The notes: generated from the letters alone by a model not told the origin. Positions 38,455 through 52,837 are shown, counted from the stretch's first letter. The stretch: 64,000 bases of DNA from Eledone cirrhosa (GCA_964016885.1 OZ024743.1:146940001-147004000); one strand, 5' to 3'. Made by a program: numbers and translations.

Positions 38455-39147
38455 TAAAATTTGCTAAAACAAATAATATTTCATTTTTGTTGTTGGTGTT
38501 TAGCTCCAGATCAAAGGTGTTTCAACTTTAGTTTAGGCACAGTGTATTTAGGGACTCTATTTAATGTATGTTATTTCTTTTAAAGATGGCTAGTTGTGTG
38601 ATTTGTGAGAGATTTAGCTGCTATAGTTGCTATTTTTTATTTGATGATTGAATGAGATATAAAGGTTCCTTCATTAGTTCTGGTTGATCAATGGTCAGAG
38701 TTTTATCAAAATAGATTTTGAAAAGTAACATAACAAACATAAAGCAATGCTTTCAAGTCAATAGATAAAAAAAAAAAAATGCTTTTTGTTTTCATTCATA
38801 ATTTGATCCTTTTTGTTGTTGTTTTTAAGTAATAAATAATTTAAATATATAACTCTTTTGTTTTTCATTTTCAAACAGTTTGCATTATCATTAATTACAA
38901 TTTATAATAATTTGCACCAGAATTAATTTTTCAACAACACATACAAACAGACTCATGCATATGCCATTCCCTCTTAAATAACAAAATGTAAAAATACAAG
39001 CCTCATAAAATAATGCATATACAAATTTACACTAACAATTCATATGAATACACACAACTATGCAACTACTGGGATATATTCAATGATAAAAACGTTGTTG
39101 TAGAGTATGTTTCTTTGGCTCATATTATGTAGATCTATGGAGTATCC

Positions 39148-39410
39148 TCATCATCATCATCATCACCATTTTACGTCCATTCTTCCACGCTAGCATGGAT
39201 TAGACGGGTTGTCCTGTTGCGGGCAATGCCAGGTCGGGTGACCATGTCTTGCTCATACAGGAGCTTTGATTTGGCTTGATTTCTACAGCTGGATGCCTTT
39301 CCTAACACCAACCTCATTTACAGTGAGTACTGGGTGCTTTTTTTTTACCGTAGCACCTACACGATCATTTTACAGTGTGGACTGGGTGGTTTTTTGTCGT
39401 GACACCATCA
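39148..39410 (-). mobile_element. SINE family B 3' part
   Basis: Reverse complement homolog of 18830-18986. Confidence 0.75.
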
Positions 39411-39667
39411 TTTTGCAGTGGGAGGGGATGAGTGCATATTGTCAATATGCTACAGCTTCGGCTTGTACCCGTGGGAAGTCGGGTCTTCTGTATTACTGCA
39501 TAATGCCAGAGGTCTTGGTCCTGTAATATTAAACAATTCAATGTTTAATAGCTTTTAATTTTATCAGTGTGTTATGGCTGTGCCAATGCTACACAATAGT
39601 CAATAAGTGGTTGATGTTGACAGATATATGAACATATATTTGGTAAATAATATTTAAGGGTATGACT

Positions 39668-39847
39668 TGGCAGTATCGGTAGAGGGTTGGACGCCATGCT
39701 TTCTAGCATAGTTACATCCCTTTACAGTCCGAGTTCAAATCCCGCCGAGGTTAACTTTGTGTTTCATCCTTACGGGGTCGATAAAATAAAGTACCAGTAA
39801 TGTACTGGGTAATTGCTGGCCTTGTGCCGAAAGTAGAAACAATTATT
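39668..39847 (+). mobile_element. SINE family A with 17 bp TSD
   Basis: Flanked by tatttaagggtatgact at 39651 and 39844. Confidence 0.9.
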
Positions 39848-41392
39848 TAAGGGTATGACTGGATACATGTAAAGGTGTTGATTGCCAAAGCACTGTTCAG
39901 AACATTTAAAAACATTCCCAGGCAAATAATTCATTTGTAAAATTTCTTATTTATGGAAAATACAAATTTATTTATCCAATCATTAGAGAATATTGAGGTT
40001 TTATTTTATTGTTCTCTTTTTTATTAATAAACATTATCTAACTTTTTACTCACATACTTGATAATATGTAATTTAACTTACAAATCATCATCATCATCAT
40101 GATTAATAAACATTATCTAACTTTTTACTCACATACTTGATAATATGTAATTTAACTTACACAATAGTTATTATATTACCAGCTCTATCCTGGTTTTAGA
40201 AAAGGTACACTGTATCCCTGAATGTTCTAAGAAGTGACTGAAAGGGCATCCAACAATATAACACTGCCTAAAAAGATATCCAAATCAAGCCAATATGGGA
40301 AAGCAGACATAAAATGATGATGATGTTAATAGGTTATAACAACTATCAAGATATCCAAAGATTTGGTTATGTGGATAGTTGTCTGTTGAAAGATGAATAT
40401 ATTTTCATAAAACTTATCTTAAATGCAGCACATATACCATATTTGTATTGGTTCTTACTAGTTAAGATTTTCATAATATCTTATTGGTTAAGTAGCATTG
40501 CAGTGCAAACAAAGCTCTGGCTTATAAAATACTTGAATTCAAAAAGTAAATTAAAGGACTTGTTAATTATATGTCTTTTTTCTGTTTTTGCAGTTACTAC
40601 ACCTATACATAAGGCCTATTTACAGTTAGAATGATTATGCAAATGAAATCTAAATATTATCCTTTCATCAGTGATTGGTTGTGAACTGATGGCCATTTAT
40701 TCGTTCTGCAATGTGACATTCTAACAGCTTGTTACTCGTCCCACTGTAAAGCTAGTTGTTCTTTTAGATTTAACCTGTGACATGGTTTAATATGTTTAAA
40801 ATGTTGGTTGATAATGTAGAAATATAATGTTATGAGATTTCTGTGGTGTTTTATTTTAGGTTTTATGTAACTCATAATCACTGCTTTATTTTTATGAGCT
40901 GGGAATAAATATGAGAGCTTGCAATACTAAAGTGATATTTAATATACCATATAATGCTACGATGAAGGCAGTAGTATGAAATGTTGAATAGTAGAGGTTA
41001 TTGGTAATGTTTGTAAGAGTATTAGGAATGAATATATTGTTATTAATAATACTGTGTTTATTTACTTAGAGGTGTCATCTGCATAAAAATCAACAATCTT
41101 ATGAGAGTAAACATATTTATGCAAAATTTCAAAAATCTAATTTGAAATACTATTTCAATGATGAGTGAACAAGATTATTTCAGTGGTTATTATTTTAATT
41201 ATTTCAGCAAGTACAAAAGTGTATACGGTTTTGAGGAGGTTTTATAAGAGTGAAATATCTCTGCCATTTTCTAACATAATTACTGAAATGATTAAAATAA
41301 TATTAATCATTGAGCTAATGTTGCCTTTTTCTTAAACTAGAAGTATTTCTAATTCGATATTTGATGCTCTACACTATATTTACATATATTCT

Positions 41393-41720
41393 TACCTGGG
41401 TAAAGACCTCCTTCGGTCACGAATGGCCATGGGATTTGCACCTAGAAAGTTTTCCTCTGAGGCACAAGTCCAGGCAAGGTTTTTTGTGGAAGACCAGCAG
41501 TCATCCATGCATACCAGCCTCCCCTCTCCATGCCACCGATGTTGTCCAAGGGAAAGCCAATGGCCGATATAGCTTGGCACTAGTGACATTGCAACTCATT
41601 TCTACAGCTGAGTAAACTGGAGAAATGTGAAATAAAGTGTCTTGCTCATGGACAAAATGCATCACTCTGTCTGAGAATTGAACTCACAACTTCCAAATTG
41701 CAAGCCCAAATGCTCTAACC
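41393..41720 (-). mobile_element. SINE sharing the family B head but with a different 3' tail
   Basis: 41597-41720 is a reverse complement homolog of 18641-18783. Confidence 0.75.
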
Positions 41721-44700
41721 ACAAAGACATGCACCTTCACATTCATACCTACTTAGCTATTAATAGTAACTTCTTGATGATAATGATAGGAGTAATAGTG
41801 GTGGTGGTAGAGATACTGCTGATAGAGGAGAGTAGTGATAAAGGTAATAGTGATATTGGTAGGAATGACAATGAAGTTAATGATAGTTAGTGATAGTGAA
41901 CATCACAGGTATATTAGTAATGGTAAAGATATGGGACTGATAATATAAAGTTGAAGTTAGGAATGGTACCAAGGCGTAAAAATTAATACAACTTTTTTTT
42001 TTATCCTTTCAAATTTACCATTCTATGCTTACAGAAAATAGCAAGATGGTATAAGATCCTAAAGAAATTCTTGAAAAGAATGAATCTCTTTGAATGTATC
42101 ATAACATAGACTTCAGTAAATATATATCTATTTGCAGTGAAGCTGAATTCTTCATGGTACATTGTGTAGCAGTATACAACATATAAGGCTCTGAATACCC
42201 GGAAAAAATATATATGAATAGTAATTTTAATCAATGTATAGTATCTATAAAACAGAAATTGATTATTTTCTGTATTCTAGAAGGAAACCTTGAAAATCTT
42301 TGTTTATTGGTACACAGCTATACTAAATGACTTTAATATTTACAGTCACTGCTGGATGAAAAAATATCTTGTTAATCTTCATACTATTTGCCATTTTGAT
42401 AGTTACCTGCTTTATATGATTCACTCAACATAAGTTTGGTAAAAAGCATAAAAAACAAAAAACAAAACAAAACTTATTTTCTTTTATTTAACTCTACAAA
42501 CTTGTATGAGTGGTGATTGTAGCAATGAAAAGCAACAGCCCATCCCTGCAGTTTGCATACACATACAACAAATACACTGTTGCAGTCCCAAAGTATTGAA
42601 ATGGCATCATCATCATTATCATTATGTTTGCTAATAGATTTTATAGTTGAGTAATTGGATTTCTTCTTTCTGTTGAATAAATTGTTAAAAGAAACAGGAT
42701 CAGAGTGAAAACAAAGAGATATTTTAGTGAATTGACTCAATGGCTTTATAAAACATCTTTTGCACAAAAATGTCAATCAAAAAAGAATTTGTACAATTCA
42801 TTCACTTATAAAAACGTAACACACAAAAATGTTTGGTCTTTGTTTGTGACTGTTCGTTAACGGTTCGAAAATCTGTTGTTTTGATCCAGAATTTGAAATA
42901 TCTTTCAGATTCACTTCAACAATTTTTTGTCTCTCTTTAACAGGACATTTTTATTGATGTGATAAATACTATGTATGTACATGTGTGTGTAGGGGGTATG
43001 TATGTATGTATGTTCTTCTGGTTTTATAATTTCACAAATTTTTGCCTATGGAGAGACTCAATTTCTAAGATAGATATAAGACTCTCTCATTGGAATTTAC
43101 ACAACATCAACTAGGTAGATATGTCTGCATGCATATGTGTGCAGATATAGATGTTATTGTATGTATGTATGTATATATGTATGTATGTATGTAAGTATGT
43201 TCTTCTGGTTTTATAATTTCACAAATGTTTGCCAATAGAGAGTGAGTTGGTTTCTAACATAGTTACAAGATTCTCTAGTTGGAATTTACACAACATCAAC
43301 TAAGTAGATATATATGCATGTCTGCATGCATGCATGCACAGGTATGGATATTATTGTATGTGTGTGTATATGTATATTTTGAGTTATATATGTGCATATG
43401 CATATGCTTTGTATCTGTACATGCAGTTATTAGATGCAGAATTATTGGAATGTTTTACATATTATATTGGCATCTGTTAGGCAGCTAACTTCCACTACTG
43501 TGCATGCCTTCTTTTCCCTGTCCCATATCATTATATCTGGTCTGTTATGCCTTCATTTTATTGGGGTTTTTACTGGAACATTCCACCAGTACTCTTTCAT
43601 ATTATGTATGTGTATGTCTTCCACATTGCTGTAGCTTTTAATGTGTTTATTGCCGGAGCTATCTTTTCTATGGATTGCATTGTACAGTGTTTTGGCCTAT
43701 ACATGGGTAGATAGTACCATAATGACATCATTGGACAGCTGCTAATGACATTGGGCGACATCTTCGATGTTAATTCTGCAGAGTCTACACTTGTCACATC
43801 TAGGTGATTTGCCTGCATCCCTATCTCTTTTGTGAATCAGGTATTTGTATGTATGTATGTTTCTCTTTCTCTTAATTTCGAGTACATTTTTGTATATATG
43901 CATGCATATTCTTGCTTCCTGATTGAAGTTTTAATATTTAATTTGATTGCCCATCTCATCGGAGTAAGTTTGCTAAATAAAAATATTTGTCTTTTTTAAG
44001 AAGAGTGGATCTTGTTTACTTTATCAATGTTTGTGCAACAATTTGCTCTTTAGGTTTTAAGAAAGTCATCCACATTTATATATGTTCCCCAAAAGCATGA
44101 TCATCAGTAGCATATGAATTATAAACCTATGTTCTTTGTCAAAAATTTCAATTTGAAGCATACATTGATAAATGTAGATTGGTATATATAATGTTTCTCC
44201 AAAAATAATGGATGGGTACTGGATTTGTAGGCTCATTTTCAATGGTCTATAAATATCTTCTTTCTCATATTACCTTTCTTATCATATGTGAAGTGGACAT
44301 CAATATGATAAGAAAGCATAGCAGGTAGGTTGTGTTGTAATTTGATTGTGATTGTAATCCTGGGTACTTTTAATTTATTAATCACAATATGACCTTCCTT
44401 TCTCCCATACTTCTATATGCAGTATTTGTACAAGTTTTCAGTTTATTTACTGCACATTATTATAAAGATGCTACAGTATTCAGACTTATTGATTGTATGA
44501 CTGTGTACATACACTGTAAATGCTAAATTCATCTTATATTCCTACAATTCAATTTTTGCTTTATAGAATAAATGAATAATGACAGCCCCATCTAATGTAT
44601 AATGATTTCTAGCATTAATACAATTCCACAAAGTTGCTGTAGTTTAACTAATCTCAGTATGTGACTCATATTTATTTCATTCACTCCATAAGGGGGAAAT

Positions 44701-45029
44701 ACAAAGTCTTCTGTTTCAGGAATTGAATTCAATAAATAAAGGAACTTCTATTATGTAAAGGAACATATTTCAATACTGTAAGACATTTTAGTTTGGCACT
44801 CTAGCCTTTTTATAACTTTTATCCACCAAATGTAGACAGAGAGTAATGATGTCACCTATATGCCATAACGTCATTGTAGTTGAACTGATCAATAACTAAT
44901 GGCAACATTTATCAACCTGTAAAGAGCTTTCAGTTTCCTACTTATAAGTTTCTTTACTGATATTCTAAAATAGTGCTGTTGTTGTTGTTTTTGTTACTTA
45001 ACTGAGTCTAAGCATTCTTAATATCTATC

Positions 45030-45362
45030 ATCCTCCTCATCATCATCACTGTCAATGTTTAACGTCCATTTTTCCATGCTAACATGGGTTAGACGAATTG
45101 TCCTGTTGTGAGACAGGCCAGATCAGATTACTGTGTCTTGCTCATACAGGGCTAATTTTGGCTTGGTTTCTATGGCTGGATGCCCTTCCTAACGTCAACC
45201 ACATATACAGTGTGTACTGGGTGATTTTTGTCATGACACCTACATGGGCACTTTACAGTGTGGGCTGGGAACTTTTTGTTGCGATAGCTACACAACCACT
45301 TTACAGTGTGGGCTAGGCATTTTTTATCGTGGCACCAACAAGACCACTTTACAGTGTGGACT
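45030..45362 (-). mobile_element. SINE family B 3' part with internal ~30 bp repeats
   Basis: Homologous to 39148-39410; cactttacagtgtgg repeated. Confidence 0.72.
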
Positions 45363-45948
45363 GGGGTCTAGGGGACTTATCTGGCAAAGGGTGGGGTGTT
45401 AGGGCATGGGTGGAGTGTTAGGATGTGAGTGGTGTATGGGAGGCAGAGGGAAGTGAAGGTAGAAGTGATGCATACTAAATTTATGCTTCAGCCTTTGCCA
45501 ATGGGAAGGCAGATCTTCTGTATTAAATATATTTATATATTAATAAATCCTTATCTATGTACCCCAGAGCTTAAATACACAAGCTTACTTGCAGTTATCA
45601 TTATTCTATTGTGCCTTTAGTTAAGGAATATCGCCTTTTTATAATTTGCAGTTTTCGATGATGGGTACTTCATTGATGATTTATTAATATTTTCAGAGTA
45701 ACAAAGACCCACATGTTTTCACATTTGAGCAGATTTTTAAATGAAAGACCGTAAGTAAAAACTTAGATAAAGGAAAACCCTGAGTTATAAGATTATCCAT
45801 TGGAAAAAAAAAAACTGTAATATAAATAGGAAAACATTGCTTTAACAAGTTTGATATCAACCTGCCTCAGTCCTGCCAAAGTTCTATTATAAAAAACTAT
45901 TTGAATTTAAACAGTCCTCCGTACTTATATGTTATTGGCTTTTGTCAT

Positions 45949-46106
45949 ATACAATGTCTATGTATTTTGATTAATTTTGAAAATAATGAAAAATTTGGAG
46001 AGAATTTGGTAAGATATTCAATTTAATAATTAAAATGTTATCTTACCAAATTCTCTCCAAATTCTTCATTATTTTCAAAGTTAATCAAAATACATAGACA
46101 TTGTAT
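45949..46106. repeat. ~65 bp-arm near-perfect palindrome
   Basis: atacaatgtctatgtattttgattaa...ttggtaagata / tatcttaccaa...ttaatcaaaatacatagacattgtat. Confidence 0.85.
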
Positions 46107-46741
46107 TTCTTTAGCAATATGGTCATGGAATGGTTAAAACACTGCACAAAGTGAATGCTAAGGGCTATTTCATTCTAGAATGTTTTAGTTACTTAATAAA
46201 GTAATTATAAATATGTTTCAATGGAAAGAAATCTTACCCTAAACATATGTTTAGAACATGCTAAGAGTTGAACCAGTAGGTATAAATATAGGATAGCATA
46301 CTCAAGTAAAAAATTTAGGCAACAAATTCCTTCACTTCATTTACCAGTTCTATCTATGTTCTTGTCATAATATTTAAGCAAAACATTTATCTCCCTGTGA
46401 AAATTGAAAAGAAATTCAGAGAATAAAACCAATAAATAAACAAACAAAAACAAAACAAAGATAATAACAAATTAATGACAAAAGAACATTTGAATAAATT
46501 CTAAAAATGAAATTCCAAATAACAATTTTAGTTTTAAATAATATTGCAGAAATAAATTTGTTATTAAATAAAAAAAAAAACATACAAAAACATCAGTTTT
46601 GAAAATATAAATATATTTGAAAAAACAAAGAAAAACAAAATCCAATTGTGTATGGAATTTTACATATGTCATTTCATCAAGAGATTTCAAGATATCTATA
46701 TCAATATATTTGTTTTAAGTTTTGCTGTTTCATTGTTGTTG

Positions 46742-46781
<40 letters not shown>

Positions 46782-47104
46782 AGTAGAAACAATTATTATT
46801 ATTATTATTAATTCTTTTTTTAATGAAACTAGTCGAAAGTTTCTAAATTAGCTGAGCAAAATATAGCTGTCAGTCATCCAACTAGTGGGAATATATGTTT
46901 TTCTAATTTTTGCATTTATATTTATATTTTTTTACATATTAATTTTTTTTTTATTGTATGTTCATGTAGTGTAGACCCTGTCATTATAGGGACCAGTTTT
47001 AATTGTAAAACATTAGATGACAAGCAAAAATTCAAGCAAAATATTTCACAATAATTTGAAAGACTTCTATTCATTTTAATTATGTTTATCATTGTTACTG
47101 CTGC

Positions 47105-47143
<39 letters not shown>

Positions 47144-47562
47144 CATAGTTATACTTTTGTCTTTATATCTGTATATAAATCATTAAATTTTCTCCATAAC
47201 AATCTCCCTCGCTTAGTGCCAAACATTTCAATAGTTCTAGAATTTATTATTTCAAATCTCTGGACTTCATTACATCATTTTTATAAACACATTTTACTCT
47301 TCCAATCAGTTGATATTTTTACAATAATGTTTTATTTATTTATTTCTGAGGATGTATGTGTGTGCATGTGTAATCCTGAGCATATTCTTGAAGTGTTCTT
47401 ATGATTAGGCATATGTATGTTGTAGGATTATAATATTTTACTTAAAAAAAAAGAAGAAAAACACATCATAAATACAGTCAGGTTTATATGCCTTCTCCTT
47501 CGCCAAAATTTAATCAATCTCTTTTTATATATATATGTATATATATATATACACACACACAT

Positions 47563-47606
<44 letters not shown>

Positions 47607-47824
47607 TTATTGTGTGTATATAATGTATATAAATACATATCAATTATATATACATATATATGTATATTGTATGTGTATTCGTGAGGTATCCCATGTTAGG
47701 GCGAAAACAAATTTTGTTTTTATATCGTATATATTTTATTGCTAGAACTGAAGGTACAATTCCCAAATTGGCTGACCAGTCTCATCTTAGTTAAGATATA
47801 TATATATATTTTTATGTATATATA

Positions 47825-49823
47825 GTTATACTTGGGGAGGGTCATATTGTTGTAATAATATTGCCAGAAATAATAACAGAACACACTCACTGTTTGGTTG
47901 GTTTTCGCTTCTGTATGTTTTATATCTCCATAGTTAATTTATTTGGCCATCAATGTTTATCACTGACTGACCAACGGTCAAAAATACAGATATAAATACA
48001 TATAAATATAGTCTTTCATTGCACATCTGCAACATCATCAGTGGTACTATTATGTTTCCTCCTGTTGTATTGTATGTCTACGCCATTTTTATTTTATCTG
48101 TTTATTTATTTATTTTTGTTTGCGTGTGTGTATAGTGTTTGGTGTGTGTGTTTGCGTTTGGGTGACTGTATTTTGCTTATTGTATTCTATCTTAGTTTAT
48201 TATGTGTGTTTATATGTGTCTCTTGTTATTGTGCTTGTGTATATATTTATTTATTTTATTTATTTATTTATATTTCTCTTAAGTCAGTATTGTTTGTTTG
48301 GGTGTTGTTGTTATTCCATTCATTTTTTCTGTTTAGATTTGGCATTCTAAGCCCTATTTCGCTTGCTTCTCTGATTTGCCTACCTGTTGGGTCATTTCTA
48401 TGTTTAGATATTATTTTAATTTCTATGTTGTCTATGTTACCATCATGTTGTCGCGTGTTCATATAGTACTGAACCGTTTTTTGGTCCTTTTAGTTCCCCC
48501 TGTGTTGGTCTATTCTTTCTCCTATGCTTCGAGCTTACTCACCTATGTATGTAGCTGTCATGTTTCTGCAAGTACTTTCTGTACATCTTATGCTATGGAC
48601 AACATTTCTAGTTTTACAGTTTATCTGGGGGTTTAATTTACATATAACACATTTCATATTAGCATAGTGGGTTTTCTTAAAAGTGTATGTTTTGCTGATT
48701 AGGGATTTTATGGTAGTTCCTGGCTTATTTACCACTTTAATCTTTAAGTGGGCCATTCTACATTGGTTAGCTAATTTCCCTCCAGGTGTAGCATCCACGA
48801 ACATGACACTCTGGTATCTCTGGTTGTCGTACCATGAGGTGGCTTTCCCTATCTTATGTTTAGTCCTATCTAAGTTATTCCATGATTTGCTCCTGTATAA
48901 TGGGCAAATTCCTTTCATGTCTAGTTCTATGAGGGTCTTATACTTCTCTGTGGCTCCTTTGTGTACTCTGATTCTGTCTCTTTGGATGTAGCCAGAGAAC
49001 TGCATGTGGTTGATGAAGTGTTGGATGTGTCTTTCCATTTCTGTTGGGTCGCACATGCGGGACACGTTCTTCATCACTCGTACCAAGTCTGCGATCAGAA
49101 TATTAAACTTAGCACTACTGGTCATTGCTGAGTTTTTGAGTATCAGGTATTTGGAGGCCATGGGTTTAGCATAGTGTGAGTGGAGAATTTGGGCCCTCTC
49201 ATCTATAGTGTTAATCCAGAGTTCCGTGTCTAATACAGGTAGTCTATTGTTAGGGTAGTCAATAGTTACAGTTATACTCTGGTGTATGGAGTTAGCTATC
49301 TGCTGGATGCTTTCCATTGTGCTATATTCTAAATCATGTTCATTAGTACTCTCTTGTGGGGGTGTCCCATGGGAGTCTTTTTTGCCATTGAGTTTATGAT
49401 GGGGGTCTACCTCTAATGGGTCTACTAGGGCAGAAATGGCTAAGGTCATGGCTGTCTAGGTACTCGGTGTCATAAGTAAGTCTAAGTAGGAGGCCCAGTT
49501 CATCTGTGTCGACGACGCAGAACTCCACCTCTCACTGATTATTTCCACACATTTTTCCGCAGCAAAATCAATGTTAATGAATGGATACAGTGATACGATG
49601 TCCATACTGCCTACTATGCAGTTAGGAGGTTTTTGTTTTTATTACACTCATTTATTCTGCTGAGGAGGTCCTCTGTACTGTCACATACATCTGGGGACAT
49701 CTTAATTATGGAGTATGTTCTGTTATTATTTCTGGCAATATTATTAGAACACTATGAGCCTCGCCAAGTGTAACAATATTTGTTTCGACACACGATTTCA
49801 TATCAAAACCCTTGCAAAACAAA
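47825..49823 (-). mobile_element. Penelope-like retroelement, second diverged copy with internal RT deletion
   Basis: LPVLDTELW, HYAKPMASK, TYIGE; inverted 3'-end copy 49711-49778 plus tail 49779-49823; hammerhead core at 48009-48045 (CTGATGA..TTGCA-GATG-TGCAA.GAAA). Confidence 0.9.
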
Positions 49824-49837
49824 TATATATATATATA

Positions 49838-50278
49838 TACGATATATTAACAAATGGAAGCTATATTTATAAAACAATATTTATTTAATTATACATATTT
49901 CAAGGGCACCAAATTAAATTATGGTGTGCTTTCATCAGATAAAATATAATATAGATCAGTTTTATAAATAAATAAATAAATATTGACATACCCTTAAAGG
50001 ATGCGACCATTCCAACAGAAATGGTCGCATTCTTTAAGGGTATGTCAATATTTATTTATTTATTTATAAAACTGATCTATATTATATTTTATCTGATGGA
50101 AGCACACCATAATTTAATTTGGTGTCCTTGAAATATGTATAATGAAATAAATATGGATTATAAATATAGTTTCCATTTGTTAATATATCGTATTTTTACT
50201 CCAATAATTTGTTGAGTGCTTTATATCAGTTATAAAAATATTTGCTTGTTGTATCCCAACAATTTAAATAGAACTTCT

Positions 50279-50283
<5 letters not shown>
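49838..50283. mobile_element. Hammerhead-bearing fold-back element family 1, copy C
   Basis: Hammerheads at 49883-49945 (-) and 50086-50148 (+, core mutated to CTGATGG); tail on the right arm. Confidence 0.87.
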
Positions 50284-50338
<55 letters not shown>

Positions 50339-50587
50339 TATATATATATTCACATACACATATGTGCATATATGTACATACAATTATCTATATAAATACT
50401 CACACACACACACATATATATATGTGTGTGAATACAGTTACTGCCAATTCGCTGTTCTAAGCATCCAGTGCTGTTAAAATGGCCCGTCTCGTGTTGAGTT
50501 GTATTTCATGGTTAAGACGAGTATAATGTGCAGAGTGTAACCAATCAAAGTCAATTTGCAACACACACACACACATATATATATATA

Positions 50588-51044
50588 TATGTAGAAGTTA
50601 TATTTAATTTGTTGGGATATGTAGAAGTTATATTTAATTTGTTGGCAAATATTTTTATAACTGATATAAAGCACTCAACACATTTTTGGAGTAAAAATAC
50701 AATATATTAACAAATGGAAACTATATTTATAAAACCATATTTATTTCATTATACATATTTCAAGGACACCAAAGCAAATTATGGTGCGCTTTCATCAGAT
50801 AAAGTATAATATAGATCAGTTTTATAAACAAATATTGACATACCCTTAAAGAATGCGACCAAGAATGCTTCCAACCGACATGGTCGCATTCTTTAAGGGT
50901 ATATTAATATTTGTTTATAAAACTGATCTATATTATATTTCATCTGATGAAAGCGCACCATAATTTGCTTTGGTGTCCTTGAAATATGTATAATGAAATA
51001 AATATGGTTTTATAAATATAGTTTCCATTTGTTAATATATTGTA

Positions 51045-51047
<3 letters not shown>
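50588..51047. mobile_element. Hammerhead-bearing fold-back element family 1, copy D
   Basis: Hammerheads at 50743-50805 (-) and 50937-50999 (+, stem I ATTTCAT/ATGAAAT); tail on the left arm with a 30 bp terminal duplication. Confidence 0.87.
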
Positions 51048-51082
<35 letters not shown>

Positions 51083-51087
<5 letters not shown>

Positions 51088-51140
51088 GTAAGTATGTATG
51101 TATACGTACATACATATATGTATACAGACGTACAGTAGCA

Positions 51141-51208
<68 letters not shown>

Positions 51209-51697
51209 TACACATATGCATACAGGTACACATACATATATGCACGCATCAGTTTAGCCGACGTTTATTATAACGCCGGCCGCTTTGTTCGTTTGTTTGT
51301 CAACAAACCGAACAGCCTGAATTTATGCCATACGGTGTTAAGGCAACCACGTCACCTTTTTGTTCAACACTGACACAGGAACGATGTACTAGTTTCAAGC
51401 TTGTTAGCTATCATCAGCACCGTTTACCCATCTGCCAGATAGTTGAACGTTCGAAAGTATATACTTTCCTTATGAAAATTAACGGCTGAGCAGCCTAATT
51501 TGCATATTGAGTGAGTTAAATCGGTCAGGCATACCGAAAACGATAAGTTGAAAAAAATGAAAACGAAATTTCATTTCTCACTCTTAGTATGGCACTTACT
51601 TGTTGACAAACAAACGAACAAAGCGGCCGGCGTTATAATAAACGTCGGCTAAACTGATGCGTGCATATATGTATGTGTACCTGTATGCATATGTGTA

Positions 51698-51741
<44 letters not shown>

Positions 51742-51852
51742 TGCTACTGTACGTCTGTATACATATATGTATGTACGTATACATACATACTTACATTTAA
51801 GTAAGTGCCATACTAAGAGTGAGAAATGAAATTTCGTTTTCATTTTTTTCAA

Positions 51853-51857
<5 letters not shown>
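51083..51857. mobile_element. Hammerhead-bearing fold-back element family 2, second copy
   Basis: Minus arm 51083-51600 runs through the unit junction; plus arm 51601-51857 carries the tail. Confidence 0.85.
51381..51423 (-). ncRNA. Minimal type-I hammerhead ribozyme (family 2)
   Basis: ACGGTG CTGATGA TAGCT-AACA-AGCTT GAAA CTAG TA CATCGT. Confidence 0.85.
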
Positions 51858-51912
<55 letters not shown>

Positions 51913-52837
51913 ACTTTATTGGCATATTATAATCGTTTCAATATCGAGTTCAATGTCGAGGCGGAATGGGGCTGCGATAATTATGACTGTATCCTGAGCT
52001 GAGCGATATTGAAAAGATTGTAACATGTCAAGAAAGTTTATATATAGTATATACAGCAACATTGACCTTGTTTCTGATTATTTTATGTACGCACGCACAC
52101 ACACACACACACACACTCACACATGCACACACACACACACACATATTACAACTACATATCTGTTATAATAAAGACAGTAACATAGGTCGGAGAATCTCCA
52201 AAATATCCTCCAATACAACATACTTGCCTTCATTGATAATTATTGTTTTTTCATTTATATATTATTGTTTCCGTAATATTCCGTAGTATTCCACCCGACT
52301 CACACGCAAACACACACTCATACTCACACACGCACATACACAATCACCACCTTCATCATTATCATCATCATCATCTGAGTATGTTGTGCCTTTGATACAA
52401 GTGTGGAGTCCTTTTGAACTTTTCTTTGCATGGTATCCTTCCTATCACCAACTCCATTACAGAGATTGTACTGGATGCACCTTTCGTGACGCCCGCACTA
52501 TAGGCGTTGCCCTGTTTGACCGGCGAACCCTCTCAACTCTTTGCTTGGTGTCTACGGCAGAAAGGCCTTCTTACCACCAACAACAGATTGTACAGTTTTA
52601 TAATGGTACGAGTACTGGGGAGGCCGGCTATCCTTGAATTGACTTAAGAGATCTTCCTATAACGGGAGTAGGAAGTATGCCGTTGGTAAGGGTACAGTTA
52701 TAACGCGGGCAGTTACTAAAAAGAAGTTGATGAGAGAGGGGGGGGGGGAAAGAGAAGATGGTAATCTGAGAAGATGGTAATAGATGGAAGTACAGTGAAG
52801 CTTCGAAAGACTATGTAGCAGGAGTTTCCTCCCTTGT

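Noticed and set aside
45225-45362. Short spaced direct repeats resembling a CRISPR array
   Set aside because: Internal tandem repeats of a SINE in eukaryotic DNA; spacers are related to each other and there are no cas genes
45697-45750. Possible 54 nt exon (tttcag...gtaagt; one open frame VTKTHMFSHLSRFLNER)
   Set aside because: Isolated, no recognisable homology or partner exons; expected by chance
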